Shown one piece after another: positions 50,579 through 62,998 of a DNA stretch of 64,000 bases. The stretch covers positions 60,016,001 to 60,080,000 of the forward strand of contig NC_045701.1 in the NCBI RefSeq assembly GCF_009834535.1, given 5' to 3'. The position numbers and the translations under genes were made by a program. The notes beneath the pieces are model-generated. The model was not told the DNA's origin. It did no database searches and saw only the letters and a program-made list of their open reading frames with translations. The DNA is from Camelus ferus (lineage: Eukaryota). Every line of letters begins with the position of its first letter. The first letter of the stretch is position 1.

Positions 50579-52127
50579 AGGAGGGTGAAGTCTTCTCCTG
50601 AGATCCTACATCCCCTTCCGTCCTTCCCAGCTTCCCTTCCTGCCCTCTCTTCCTTCCCTCCCTTCCTCCCCTCCCTTGCTCCCCTCCTCTCCCCCAAGAA
50701 TGATTCTCTGGGAGCCTCCCTCCCTTTGATTCAGTTTGAGAAGAGAATATTCTCTCACCCCCTCTAGCGCTGATGTCCCCTTTTTTTCTCTGACTGGTTC
50801 TGACTTTGAAAGAAGGTGCAAAACTGGTGTTACAGATCCTGTGTGATGGAGTCCTGCTGGGAGGGGGCTCTCAGAACTTAGATTTTTGGGTACTTGGTAC
50901 CTTTTGTCCTCAGCTAAAATACAAAGAGAACAGGAAAATTCCCACTCAAGATGCTGGTCCACTTAAAAAGTTAAAGGGAACCTAGTTCCATACGATTTTT
51001 CTGAGGACTGCACAAGGGGCCCTGAAATGATGTCTTCCTCCTGCCTTCCCCTTTCTAGTGTCCCTCATACCTGAAAAGGAGGGCTGGGGTCCGGTCCCGG
51101 ATGGGGGTTAAAGCCCCTTCATTAATCACTGACTGCAGCTTCAGTCTCTCCAGAGGTGAGACCCGACCTGACGGTGAACTTCTTTGAAAGGGCTTCCTCC
51201 CGTTGTCCGCACCCCAGATTGCTGTACCGATTCGAACCCCTATTAGTGTCCCCCTGGCAGTCTTTGGCAGTCTTTCCTGATCTCTCATCCTCAGTTTACC
51301 TGAAAGAGCCTTATTTCTAGGGCAGTAGCTTTAAATGGGCTCGCTTAGTGGTTTCTCACCCTGTTGGTTACCAAGGCCTTACTAAATTTCCCAGCCCCTC
51401 GCGTAAGTGTAACTAGTTAGACTCAGTGTCTTTTGGGACTAATAATATACTTAATGGCAAAACTAAATTCAGTGAAGTCTTGAACTGGATTTTTTTTTAA
51501 ATTTATGAAGTATGTAAACGCTAGTTGTGTATATGTGTTTGGTGCACTGTGTATTCATCTTCCTTTAAAAGGAGTCCATCCCAGCAGTTCTGGCCCACAG
51601 CTTGTGAATGGTCCCAACACCCAGTTTTCTCGAAAAGAAAAGAAAAGAGCCTATAGAGTGATTGAATCTTTATTTTGCAAAACCTGAGAGTCTAAATGAA
51701 AGCATCTAGGTTGAACGTATGCTTGTGTGTGCAGCTGGCTTGGGTGTGAGGGCTTTTTTGTGGCTGCATCTAAGGACTGGTGAGGAAGCCACACCAGGGT
51801 TGTTTCTCTGCTGACAGTGTAGAGGCAGGGTCATCTGACCCACTGATTACACTTAAAAAGGGAGAGTGTGTCTTTTGCCATCTCAAAGGGCAGCTGTTTA
51901 TTGACTTTCTGTACCCTGCAATTGTTTCCCATATGGAATGGTTCCTGGAGAAAGATCTAACATCTGCGCAGGTCTATCCTGTTCCTCAGCTGTGTTTACC
52001 AAAGCGAGTTCTGCACTGACGTTCACACACTGCAGACTGCACGTACGGCGTGAGGGCAGGTCTGGCCTGCGGTGTCCAGTCTGCGGAGGTCATACTTAGA
52101 AGCGTGTGGCATGTTTGACAGGTCAAG

Positions 52128-52380
52128 CTCATTCAATCGCTCATTAGATATTTAGTCTCTTCTGTGCCAGGCACTTGCCTGTGTCCTAGTGATAAAAAGG
52201 TGAGTGTGACAGCCTCCCTGCTTTCAGAAAGCTCACAGTCTGGAGAGAAAGGTGGTCATCTAAACACAGCAGAACGTATAATGGTTCATGTGCAAAGGGC
52301 CAGGGTGCCTCCCAGAAGAGGGTCTGGTGGCCTCAGGAGAGAGGGACAGGTTCAGAAGATGAACCTGGATTCAGGAAGAA
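52128..52380 (-). mobile_element. L2 3' end
   Basis: ctcattcaatcgctcattagatattt...tgtgccaggcact...gaaagctcacagtctgg. Confidence 0.75.
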
Positions 52381-53203
52381 AGCCACACGTGATCCATTAT
52401 GTAGACTCTGTCTTTGTATCTGGAAGGATAAACCTAAGCCTGGGGTGTCTGTTTCACGTACTGCGAGATGTCTCGGAGACCCTCAGTAGCAGCAGATCTT
52501 TGTGATTGGACAACTGTGTTTATTCCCCTGTCCCCAGAATCAGAATTATCCCTGTGCTTGGCATCAAAAGGCTCTTAGTCCTTGGGTGTTGCATTGGAAC
52601 TGGTAAATAGAGAGTTCACCTGAAGCCTCTTGAAAGCTGACCCACAAAAGCAAGGACATTAACTCTGAACCTAGGCCACTTTCCATCCTGGGAATTAGGC
52701 TCTGCCGCTTCCTAAATTCCCATTGTGGTTTCAAATGTAGAGGCCATTGTTCATTTTCCTTCCTAAAAGAAGCAGTATATTTAACTTCTGGCTTTCTGCC
52801 TGACTGATGGAAGGCTGATCTCTATGAAGCCAACACCCGCGGCTTCCCATCAGGACAAACCCTCAGCCTGCATCTGATCTTCCTCCCTCTGCTTGAAGTT
52901 ATTTAGAGTCTACACCAGCTCGGTAGGAGTCTTGTGTTAAGTCCCGCTAGGTGGCTACATGGCCTTGATTCCCACCCTGTGTTTAAAGATAAAAAGACAA
53001 GGTCTTAGCTCTTCTAGCAGCTAGAGATTCTCCAAAAGACCTATTATGGGAATTTAAAAGCAAATGTCAAATAGGAAAATCTGTACGCTCTCAGGACTTT
53101 GAAGCTCAATACAAATGAGTCTTTATCAGTTGTTGAATAGTTTGGGTCCAGGCAGGTGTCCAAGAGCAGAAGTTTTCAAACTTATTTTTAAGCAACACAA
53201 TAC

Positions 53204-53241
53204 TTTTCTTTCTTTCTTTCTTTTTTTTTTTTTTTTTTTTT
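53204..53241. repeat. (TTTC)n plus T21 tract
   Basis: Directly visible. Confidence 0.95.
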
Positions 53242-53269
53242 GCCAAATGAAATCTACAGAATCAAAATA

Positions 53270-53472
53270 CGAGGTTTCTTGACCTCGGCATGATTGACAT
53301 TTGGGGTGGGAGAATTCTTTGTCAAGGGGGCTGTTCTGGGCACTGCAGGAAGTTTAGCGGCATCCGTGGCCTCTGCATTCTGAATGCCAGTAGCAACTGT
53401 ACCCTCACCCTAGTTGTGACAACCAAAAATATCTCCAGACATTGTCAAATCACACCCAGTTGAGAACTAGTG
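53270..53472. mobile_element. MER20 hAT-Charlie element
   Basis: ttcttgacctcggcatgattgacatttgggg...gcactgcaggaagtttagcggcatcc...agttgtgacaaccaaaaatatctccagacattgtcaaat...gttgagaactagtg. Confidence 0.92.
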
Positions 53473-55559
53473 CAATAGAGCATGTAAAACTGATGTTTTA
53501 AAAAAGAAGGAACCAATGCTTTGGAAGTGGAATTAAACTCCTTCAGAAGTCTGCCCACGGCCCCTGACCCTCACTCATGGTATCTGAAGAACTGGTGTGG
53601 AGCTCTGAGCTACACAGTTGCACAGTCCCACAGGGATAGATTGTCACTTTTAAGGTCTGGAATATGGGGACCTGGTTACAAATCAGAAAACTAAAACTGG
53701 AAAAATGCACAAGTATTTTGAATCCAAATGTGCACTGAACAGTTGCATGTGTATGTAGGTACATTTTGTAGGTGTACTTGGTTGTATAGAACAAGGGAAG
53801 AATGATGGTTGGATGATAGCCACCTTATTCCTTAGGCTCTGGGGTTTGGCTTCCACAGTGTGTCTCATTTTATGAGAGATGCCAGCGTGTGGTCTCAGCT
53901 CCATGGCAGACCCGTGTGAACCCCAGCTTCCATGAGACCCAGTAGAACTGGCTTCTACTCAAGGTAGGGCTCCAAGGGGGGCTAGTGTCTTTCTACCAGA
54001 TGCTAGCTGGATCCTGGTTGGGACCCTAGTTGTTGCACAATCACGGGATGGAGTTCTACACTTCTGCACTTCATACTTAGGGAGTGACATGCGCTTCTGT
54101 ACCCATGTGTGTGTGAGTGACCACGCCTCTCCTTCAGGGAGACCAGTGCTGTCTCCTCTCCCCTGCTCCTCAAGCACCAATCAGGGGGCCCTGGGAGCTT
54201 GGCAGATGCTTCCACCTCTTCCTCCCTAACCCAGGCTGGTGAAAGTGTGTGGAAGCCTGTCCCAGAGGCAGACTCTGTAGCCCAGGTATGTGGGTGTCAG
54301 TATAAACAACATTACCATGGAGTGAGTCACTCTCACCTGTGGGAAGACGCACGGGCTCAGGGAGGGAGGGAGTTGGTTGCCTAGAGGGCTCAGCATCAGT
54401 CTGTCCACCCTTCTGACCCCACACTGCAGCTGGAGTCCAGCGTTAGGTTGCTGGCTTGCTTGTGGGCTCACCCCTCATCCTAGCCATCTGTTTGGCTGCT
54501 TGTGAAGGTCTTTGGCACTTGCAGCAAAGTTTGATTCCCCCAAAGATCATGCAACCACTGCAGTTAGCTATGGGAACACAGGAATGAATAGAACTCATTT
54601 TATCTACACATCCATCTGTGGATCTCCAACCCTTCTGAGAGACCCACTCACAGAAATCCTGCAGGAATCCTGCAGAGATTTGCTCAGAATTCCTGGATGA
54701 GGCTGACAAGAGCTAGCTGTAATGGTTCTCCATCACCCTCTTCTCTCTCATTGCTGCCACATGGGCTGGAGGAGAGGTGCTCGGGGGACACCTTGGGTTG
54801 GAACTTGGGTAAGGGACCTGAGCTCCCCCAGCTCCCTCTAGCTCATGATGGAGAAGCTTGCTGTAAGAATATTTGGAAACAAGGTTGCTACTCCTTGCTT
54901 AAGGTTTGAAATCAGTTTGATTCTCTGAAATCCTTGGTTTGGATTATTGCTGTCAGATCAGTATTACAAACCATCAAGCCCAAAACAGGCTCAGCAAAGT
55001 TTACCGGTGATACGCTTGTCTATAGGAGACGTTATCTAGCGGACAGTTGTATGAGTGACCCATATGTAACTGGTTTGTTTTGAAAGAGGAGTGGAGTTCC
55101 CAGGACTCTTCTCTGCAGGGCTTCTTTCCTGACCTCTGCACTTTTGTCACCTTTTATCATCGAAATATGCACCCAGTTTTAGGTAATGCTGATGGGGCTA
55201 TGAGAACTAAACATGAAAGACTGAATGGGTTTCAAAACTAGGAGTTGCATAAAGTATTCTTACACTTACTCTTTATAATGCGTGCATTATTCTCTCCTCT
55301 AATCGTCACAAGCCAGCCCTTGTGACCTAGGTTCCCTCTTGACCTTACCTTGAGAGAATTTAGGGAATCTGATGACACTGAAACCTCAGTGTCTTCCTGT
55401 GATCTGTGCAGACTCACGTCGCTTCTTCCTGCCCAGGTCTGGTATTAACTTTCTGTTTAAATTGCGTCTCTACTAGTCCTTCATAACCACTGCAGTTCCA
55501 GCTGTAGTATACTACTTGTAGGGACCTGAATGGGACAAGCTCTATTATACTTCTCTTTA

Positions 55560-55680
55560 CTTATTCATTTATTCATTCACTCACTCATTCATTCACTCAT
55601 TGCAATTTATTTGCTAAGCACTAGGGAGACAGCTCCCCTCTCCCACAGACCCCTAGTTCACAATCTAAACAGGTAAAAGT
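55560..55680 (-). mobile_element. L2 3' terminus with (CATT)n-like repeat
   Basis: ttattcatttattcattcactcactcattcattcactcatt...gctaagcact. Confidence 0.7.
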
Positions 55681-56188
55681 GAGTCTGTGTGATAAGCGCT
55701 TTGGTGTTGGTGCTGGAGACTTTCCAAGGAGGGCAGTCCAACCCTGACTTCAATAAAGTTCCATAAGACAAGTCCTGAAGTAGGCCATTTTCATGGGCGG
55801 GAGAGTGGGAGAGAGGAAGGGGAGGAGAGAGGAGGTGGAGATGAGGCAGGGATGGGTTTGGTGCAGGCGGATAAACCAGCAGGTGTGCTGCTTTAGGGAG
55901 CCCTGAAGCCTGAAGGCAGCCCTCAAAAGGTTTTTAAGTAGGAGCGTGGCTGGGTGCAAATGGCTCAAAAAGACTTTCTTGGATATTTCCCGTGCCTTCG
56001 CTTCTCTCCCTGATACGAGCTGCTCGGGCTTTGCATTGAGTGCAGGCATTGCCTCCTCCAGACGCCTGGGTACTCTCCAGGCTCCCGCTTCTGTCTCATA
56101 GCTTCCTGGACAGGCAGGTTAGAAATAAGGCAACAATTGCTTTTGTATTTTAACTGTCTATTTACTTGTGCACCCTTCCTGCAAGATC

Positions 56189-56290
56189 ACTGGTTCTCAG
56201 AGTTTAAAATGCAGAGTCTTGCTTGGTTCCTACCCACAGATATTCTGATTTAGTTTAGAACAGAGTCTGGGAATCTCCACTTTTTCATAA
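56189..56290. mobile_element. MER5-like fragment
   Basis: cactggttctcag...aaaatgcagagtc...cccacagatattctgattt...ctgggaatctccactttt. Confidence 0.65.
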
Positions 56291-56679
56291 GCAGAAATAT
56301 GACAGTAGACTGTGAGCTTAGTGAGACGCCAACTCTTACGTATGTGTGTACATGCTATGCAAACACACACACACACTTTTACACCCACACACTTTCTCTT
56401 TATCATACTTATAACCATATTTAACCAAGTACCTGGTACAGATTTGCTCTGCTACAAATATTTGGTCTAATGAAAGAAGTTGCCCAAATTTACACATCTA
56501 AGAGTTGCTGGAGCCTAAATTAAAGCTCACAGATGATTCTGAAGCCAGGCCCTTTGACAGAATGCTACATTACTGCTGCCATGCACTATGATGGTCCTGG
56601 AGAAGCAGGCCATCTCATTGAACCACAGCATCCTAGAGACCCAGAAACGGGGACAAGGGATCTCTAACTTGCATCTTAC

Positions 56680-57244
56680 TGTTACAGGAAAAATGAATGT
56701 GGGGCAAGAGGATGGCTATGTCCCAGGTCTCGGTTAAGTCCCTGGGACACGTCCCGCCAAGTGTGAGTCCTTGGCTTCATGCAGGAAAGAATTCAAGAGA
56801 AAGCCACAGTTGAGTAAAGGTAGATTTATTCAGAGAGATATACACTACATAGACAAGAGTGTGGGGCCGTCCCAGGAAACAGGGAGCGAGAGGCCATGCT
56901 TGGCATTACTAATTTTTATGGGCTTGGTAGCTTCACGTGCTAACAAGTAGGAAGATTATTCCAACCACTTTGGGGAAGGGGCTGGGATTTCTAAGAATTG
57001 GGCTACCACTCACTTTTTGACCTCTTCTAGCCAGCCTCGGAACTGTCATGGCACCTGTGGGAGTGCCATTTACCGTGTCAATATATTACAGTGAGCATAT
57101 AATGAAGCTCAAGGTCCACTGGAAGTCAAGTCTCCTGCCATCTTGGGCCTCAAGATCTACTGGGAGTTGAATCTGCCACCATGTTCGTGTTAATTGCTGC
57201 TGTTTCTTGAATGGCTGTGCCCTGCCCCCTTCCTTCCTGTCTCA
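56680..57244 (-). mobile_element. MER41-like ERV1 solo LTR (565 bp) with 4-bp TSD
   Basis: TG...CA termini (tgttacaggaaa / cctgtctca); TSD ttac at 56676-56679 and 57245-57248; minus-strand AATAAA at 56825-56830 and TATA-like CATAAAA at 56914-56920; MER41-like blocks gaaagaattcaag and ggaactgtcatggcacctgtgggagtg. Confidence 0.85.
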
Positions 57245-59646
57245 TTACCAGATTTTCAATTGTGTGTTAGTATGATTGGCAAGGATTCCGCAAATGGGTG
57301 TTAGACGCTCATTGTGATGGCTCCTGTGAGGATACAAAACTGTATCTAGCTCTGGCCTCCAGGAAACTTTTGGTCTACTTGAGGTCAAAGGCAAAAATGT
57401 GCAGGCAAGTGAATGACTTTGTAAGGTGGTGAAGCCGGCTGGGGTGCTTTGTGTTGGGGAGTCAGAACCGTGTGGCGATAATGAGGGAGGGAAGAGAACG
57501 CGGGAGCTGGAGGGCTCTGTAGACACCTTTGGATGAGGAAGCACTTAGATGGGGACAGGCTTGGGGAAGGGGAGAAGCCTCTCCTAGTGAGGGGAGTGAC
57601 CTGAGCTGAGTCTGGCTAGAGGAAAGGCTCTGAGTGCCGAGACACTAGTTGGGAACAGATTTGTGTGGGGGGTCATGGTTGTTAATCTGGAAGGGGCTGT
57701 TGGTCCAGGCTTGGCCTGGTGGGGGTGGAGGGACTTATAGGAAAGGCAGGGGATACAGTACCTTTTAGCTTCAGTCATACTCAGTTCTTTGAAAGTCTGT
57801 TGTCTTTGTCCCTCACTCCATTTACCTTACCAAAGTCATGCATTTCTGAATCTAAGATAATAACCATAGCCTCCTCTTTTTGGAGAGCCCTGGCCACACT
57901 GGAGCTCCAGGTGAGTGAAAAGCTGGCCAGGATGCATCAGTCTTGTCTGGCTTCTCCTAGGAGAGGAGTGTTTTCATGTCCCCACCTGTTCCTGGTGCCC
58001 ATGCCCTGCTCACACCGGAAGCTGTCACGTCCCTGTGGTGCTGTGCATTTGCCAATGCCTTCAGTGAAAATATTTAAAACATCAGAACTATGATTTCCTT
58101 GGTTATTAATCCAAAACATGGTGCTCGGGCCTCCAGACACATGACCTAGAACACAGCTTTCAGTTCACACTGACCCTGTCACTGCTGAAGCAAGATTTGT
58201 AGCTCTTTCCCAAGTCTGGGCAGACCACCTTGCCAAGAATGTTTTTGTCAGAGGTGTCACTTCATAATTACCTTTGATCCAGGATCACTTGTTCATAGTC
58301 TTAGATGGTAATTTTGCCCCGAGGACGTCCAAGAGGTCTCCCTGAAGACTCTTGTTTTGTTTAGCGTTTGCCACAAATACTGGCAGAAGAAAGTCTTCTG
58401 TGATTACTATTATTTATATGGTTCTCAGTGAAAGGTTATGGCTTATTTTAAAATAGTTTCTGTTCCAAGTCTTTTATGTACAATTATAGTGGGAAGCTGA
58501 AATACCCCGTCCTTACGTTCACAAAGGAATCTTCTCACACAAGTACAAGAAAATGCGGAAAGTTTGGTTTGAGGAAATTCTGTTTTTTCATCTCTCATGA
58601 GTCACTGCTTCAGGAATGCAGTTCGTCAAAGTGGATTAGAGACAGTTCTCAATGGGGAAGTGTATGTGCTCACAAAAGCAGCGGCAGGGCTCTCCTCTCT
58701 ACATGCCCACCTTGTTACCTGTCTGCACCAGGTGCTGAGAGACACTGAGCCTGTCTATCCTCTGAGGGGAGGCCGTAACTGTCTGTTGCGGGGCCCTCAC
58801 CAAAACAGGTTGCTGGAGAATTGGGCCCCTTTATGTCTATGAGCAGAGCTTCACCTGGCACGTGAACACCAGAAGTGCTTCATTTATTTCCCTGGGGGCT
58901 CTTCTTTTCAGAATGTGAAAAACTTCTGTCTGTCAATCACAGAAAACAGTCCCCATTTGTTTGATTCTGAGATTCAGTCATTGCCTATGAATTTTTTTTT
59001 AAGTATCTTTACTTGCTAGCTTTTTCTCTAGATGTCCCTTTTTAAAATTTTATTTGTTATCAAAGTGTAGTTGATTTGCAGTGTTAGTTTCAGGTGTACA
59101 ACAAATCTAGATGTCTCTTTAAAAAACCCCTTTTCTGGAGGGGAGGATGAGCTGGATCAAAGTTTTGGTAACAGTAGTTTTTCCTTTTTCACAGAGATGG
59201 CTTAAAGAGTTTTGAATGCCGTAGTTCCTCTCCTACTTCTATCCCCTGTTCCAGGTTCCAGGCCAAAGGTTAAAAATCAGTTCTTCAAAGAAGCACCATT
59301 AACACAAGAGAGAGTTCTCTCTTGATTGTTATAGAGAACTCCTACAGTTTTGCGCTGAGTTTCCAGTTAGTCTGGAGGACAGAGGGACACATGAACAGCT
59401 TCATTCCTTACAGATCAAGTGAAACCGGTTCCAATTTTCTCATTAACTACAAGTAAGAAACAGAAAAAGTAGACTCGAAGGCCAGAAAGAGCACAGAGGT
59501 TTTTTGGGCCTCTTTCATCAGAGTTACTATGTCACGTTAAGGAACCAATATGTAAGCTTTGGGCAACAGTTCAAATAGAAACCTGTTGGAACTGAGCAAA
59601 CGCTCTTTTTCTCAAGAGCAAATGGCGAAGGTTTATAAACGCTTTA

Positions 59647-59660
59647 CAGCTAGGGGGCAC
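59647..59660 (+). promoter_or_regulatory. Candidate CTCF binding site
   Basis: CAGCTAGGGGGCAC matches 13 of 14 positions of CCRSYAGRKGGCRS, in apparently non-repeat sequence. Motif match only. Confidence 0.5.
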
Positions 59661-60369
59661 GCTCTCATCCACTGTTTTTGATCTTTGTGAGCAAAGATGG
59701 ATATGAGGTTTTTTGTTGTTTTGTTTTAAAATCTGTCTGTACAATGATAGCTAAGGACGCTACCTCCAAATAAGGTGAGCAGGCACACCCATCACTGATG
59801 CTTCCAGAGCTTCAAGATCCTGGGATTCGTGGATCCCGGGATACGCGTCCCGTGGACTGTGCCGAGGCTGACTAGGGGCAGTTGTTGCTAAAAGCAAATG
59901 TATTTCAGTTAATAAAGAACTTGAGAAAGATATTAACAACACTCATTTTAATGAGGCCAGACAAAAAAATCTGTGTGTGTGTGTGCGCGCCAGGAGTTGT
60001 AAATGGAGATGACGTAGAATCAATTTAATTGGGATTATTTTGTTAAAATTGTATTATTTTATTCAGCTAGAGATGGTATGAAAAACTTGGTGACAGTGAT
60101 TTTTTTCTTCACCTGCTGGTCAGGATAATACTTTGTATGTGGAATTTTAAAACCTAAGTCTAGATCTTCTCTCCTCCCTGCCATCACATATGTATAAAAA
60201 GTAGACATGAGCCCTAGTTTCTCTGAAGCCCTCAGTCTCGATTCAATCCTGGGTAGAAAGTCCTCAGGTGAACTGCATGGAACTGAATTTTCTCAACATG
60301 AGAAATAGTTGCTAACTTCTCCCCAAAAGTACACAGCTATATCAGAAAGCCATGGTTACAGATGGAAGA

Positions 60370-61250
60370 CAAGTCATTTTTTAAAAAATAGACGAAAGAT
60401 TGGTACAGACGTTTTCTCAAAAGAAGAAATATGAATGGCCAATAAGCACATGAAAACACTCAGTAAAAAAAGTCAAAAAAAAAAAAAGAGAAAAAGAAAA
60501 CACGCTTAACCTTTTTAGGCAGTAGAGTGTGAACGAAAAATACTGCAAACCATATCAATAAACAAAGAATGCTGAAACCATCAAGTCATCAGAGGTTGCC
60601 GCCACCCCCCAGTGAAGACGAGCCTGCAGCCCAGCCTCTGCAGGCACTCACAATGGTGCACTCTGAGCGGACTCAGAATAATAAAGGACAAGATACTGGC
60701 CCTAGAGAGCTAGATGTTTGTCAAAGGAATGAATTCAATGAGCCCAAATGTTTGCTTCCTCCCACACACAGAAAAGCACTAAATTCTTTAACTTGAGATG
60801 CCTGGTTTTCTTTAAATAAAAAGTAATCTTTTATTGTTCCAGCTACCTGGTGTTTGTTGTAAAGCTCGTGTATATCATAGCTCCTCCCTACCTCTTTGGA
60901 GCAGTCCCTCAGAGCGATCTGAGAGACTGTCATCCCAGTTCTAGTCCTCCCGCCAAATAAAACATAATTGTCAACTTTTAGGCAGTGCATTTATTTCAGT
61001 CGACAAGGGAAATGCAAATGAAAACCAAAAGATACCACTAGAGTGGCTACAATTTAAAAGATCAACCACACTAAATGTGTGAGACTGGAGCACTACAAAT
61101 TTTTGTATTATTGGTGAGAGTGCACAGTGGTACAACCAGTTTGAAAAATGGGCGGGCACTTTGTTTTAGAACTAAGCACAGATCTGCCCTGTGACCCAGC
61201 AATTATTCCCTTAGATATTTACCCAAGAGAAATGAAAGCTTAGCCCCATG
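60370..61250 (+). mobile_element. Old L1 ORF2 3' region, split by an LTR and an A-rich insert
   Basis: ttctcaaaagaagaaatatgaatggccaataagcacatgaaaa...agggaaatgcaaatgaaaacc...gacccagcaatt...atttacccaagagaaatgaaag. Confidence 0.85.
60528..61005 (+). mobile_element. Cetartiodactyl ERV1-class solo LTR (478 bp)
   Basis: TG...CA termini (tgtgaacg / cagtcgaca); near-TSD agag/aggg; TATA-like tatat at 60871; AATAAA at 60956-60961; typical block ctttggagcagtccctcagagc. Confidence 0.85.
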
Positions 61251-61539
61251 AATGGAAACCAGATGCCAACTATAGTATGATTTTGAACAACTGACGGGAT
61301 GAAAGAATAGAGAATGTATTTGAGCTTGACATTTGGAATGTTTCTCTCTATCAGGGGTTCCCCGAGCAGACACCTAGAGCAGGGACTGGAATCCTACCGC
61401 ACTGCTCGAGTCCTCAGTAAACGATATGTACATAATGAGTAAATGCCATTTGTTAGTTTCTTTTAAATCTGTGCTGGGAGATAGATACAAGTACTTTTTT
61501 ATACCCTCCAGGTGAAACAAACCTTTTATCGTTACACAG

Positions 61540-62215
61540 CCACTTCTTTTTATTTCTAGTAATACTATTTCCCTTACAGTGTATTTAATCTGATATTAAT
61601 GTGGCTATTCTGCATTTCTTCTGGTTAGTATTTGCCTTGTCTCTTCTTTGATTTTTACTTCCAAATTTTTTTTACCTGTGTTTTAGGTTTGTGTCTTATA
61701 AATGGCAAGTAGTTACCTTTCTTCTTTGTAAAGTTGATTGATATTCTCCCCATCACCATCTCCACCAATTTCACTTTCCCCCCCTTCTGGTTTGGAAGCT
61801 AGAACCTCTTTATTTTTAATTGGCTATACTTTGGACTTTTCACACATCTATGAAACAAAATCTAAAGTTGGCCACTACCTTAGCCTCCTACTGAGCAAAT
61901 AAAGATCTTGAAATGCTTCGGTTCCAGTCACCTTCCCCCTGGCTCATGTGCAATTAATTGGTTGGTAGTCTAGATTTTTTACTTTCCTTTTGAAGCTCCA
62001 TTAACTAGACATTACTTACTTATTTCATCATTGTTTATACTCACCTACATGTTTATAATGTTTGACTCACCATTTTCTTTTCCTCCTTCTTGAAGTACAT
62101 CCTTTAAAAGTTTATTTAGTGACAGTATTTGGTGGTGAACTGTCTCAGCTTTTGGAAACATCTTTCTTTTGTCCCCGTTCTTGAAAGCCAGTTTCACTGG
62201 GTGCACAGACTCTTA
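61540..62215 (-). mobile_element. Very old L1 (L1M5/L1ME) fragments
   Basis: tctgatattaatgtggctattctgcatttcttctggttagtatttgcc...ggtgaactgtctcagctttt...ttcttgaaagccagtttcactggg. Confidence 0.7.
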
Positions 62216-62715
62216 AGAGTTAGAAGGAACTTGGTCGACCATGTGGCTCAGCCTTGTCCATTTCCTGAGAGAGCGCCTGCCATGGGTCATACAGCTCTTC
62301 CAGGGTCCCTACGGCCTGCAAGATAAATACAATGTCTTAGCCTGAAACTGAAGATGCCCCTGCCTTGCTCCTGTTGTCTGCACTCCAGGATCCCCACCGT
62401 CTCTGCTACTTCCCTGTGGGAGGCTTTGTATTAGGGGAAGTTGGATTTCTCATTGTTCCCCAACACCCATGTACTTGGGCTTGTGTCATTCTTCCCAAGC
62501 CTCTCTCTTTACTGTGGTCTAAGTCCTCCTGTTCCATCAAGGCCTACACTAAATGCCATCTCGGCCATGCAGCCTCTCCTGACCACCCCAGCCCTCAGGT
62601 ATCTCTTCCTGCCCCTTAATCCTCCAACACTGGTTGATTGCACTTAGCCACACTGCTTGGTGCTTTTCATTTCTTGGTAGCTTGTGTCTCCAGCTGCAAT
62701 GTAAGCCCATCTGGA

Positions 62716-62820
62716 TGAGTGGCCTCCAAACGTTTTTGATCAAGCCAACTTCAGTGAACAACTAGTGAGCATGCACCCCACATATATGTATATTTTCTTT
62801 AAAATTATATATATATATCA

Positions 62821-62869
<49 letters not shown>

Positions 62870-62998
62870 TCTATTTATGTAGTACTATGTATGCTATAAA
62901 CACAAAGTATCCAGAATTGAAATAAAGAATGTGAGAACCAAATCAATGGAAGGTGCAGGAGTTTCTTCTGGCACCCCAACATCATGATTTGAGAGCCT
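62716..62998. mobile_element. MER63-like hAT element
   Basis: gagtggcctccaaacgtttttgatca...gagcatgcaccccacatatatgtatatt...ttctggcacccc...tttgagagcc. Confidence 0.7.
62823..62864. repeat. (AC)21 microsatellite
   Basis: Directly visible perfect run, preceded by a short (AT)n. Confidence 0.95.

Noticed and set aside
59831-59848. Polylinker-like run GGATCC/CCCGGG/ACGCGT suggesting vector contamination
   Set aside because: Only about 18 nt, explained by a natural 16-bp tandem duplication, with no vector sequence on either side.
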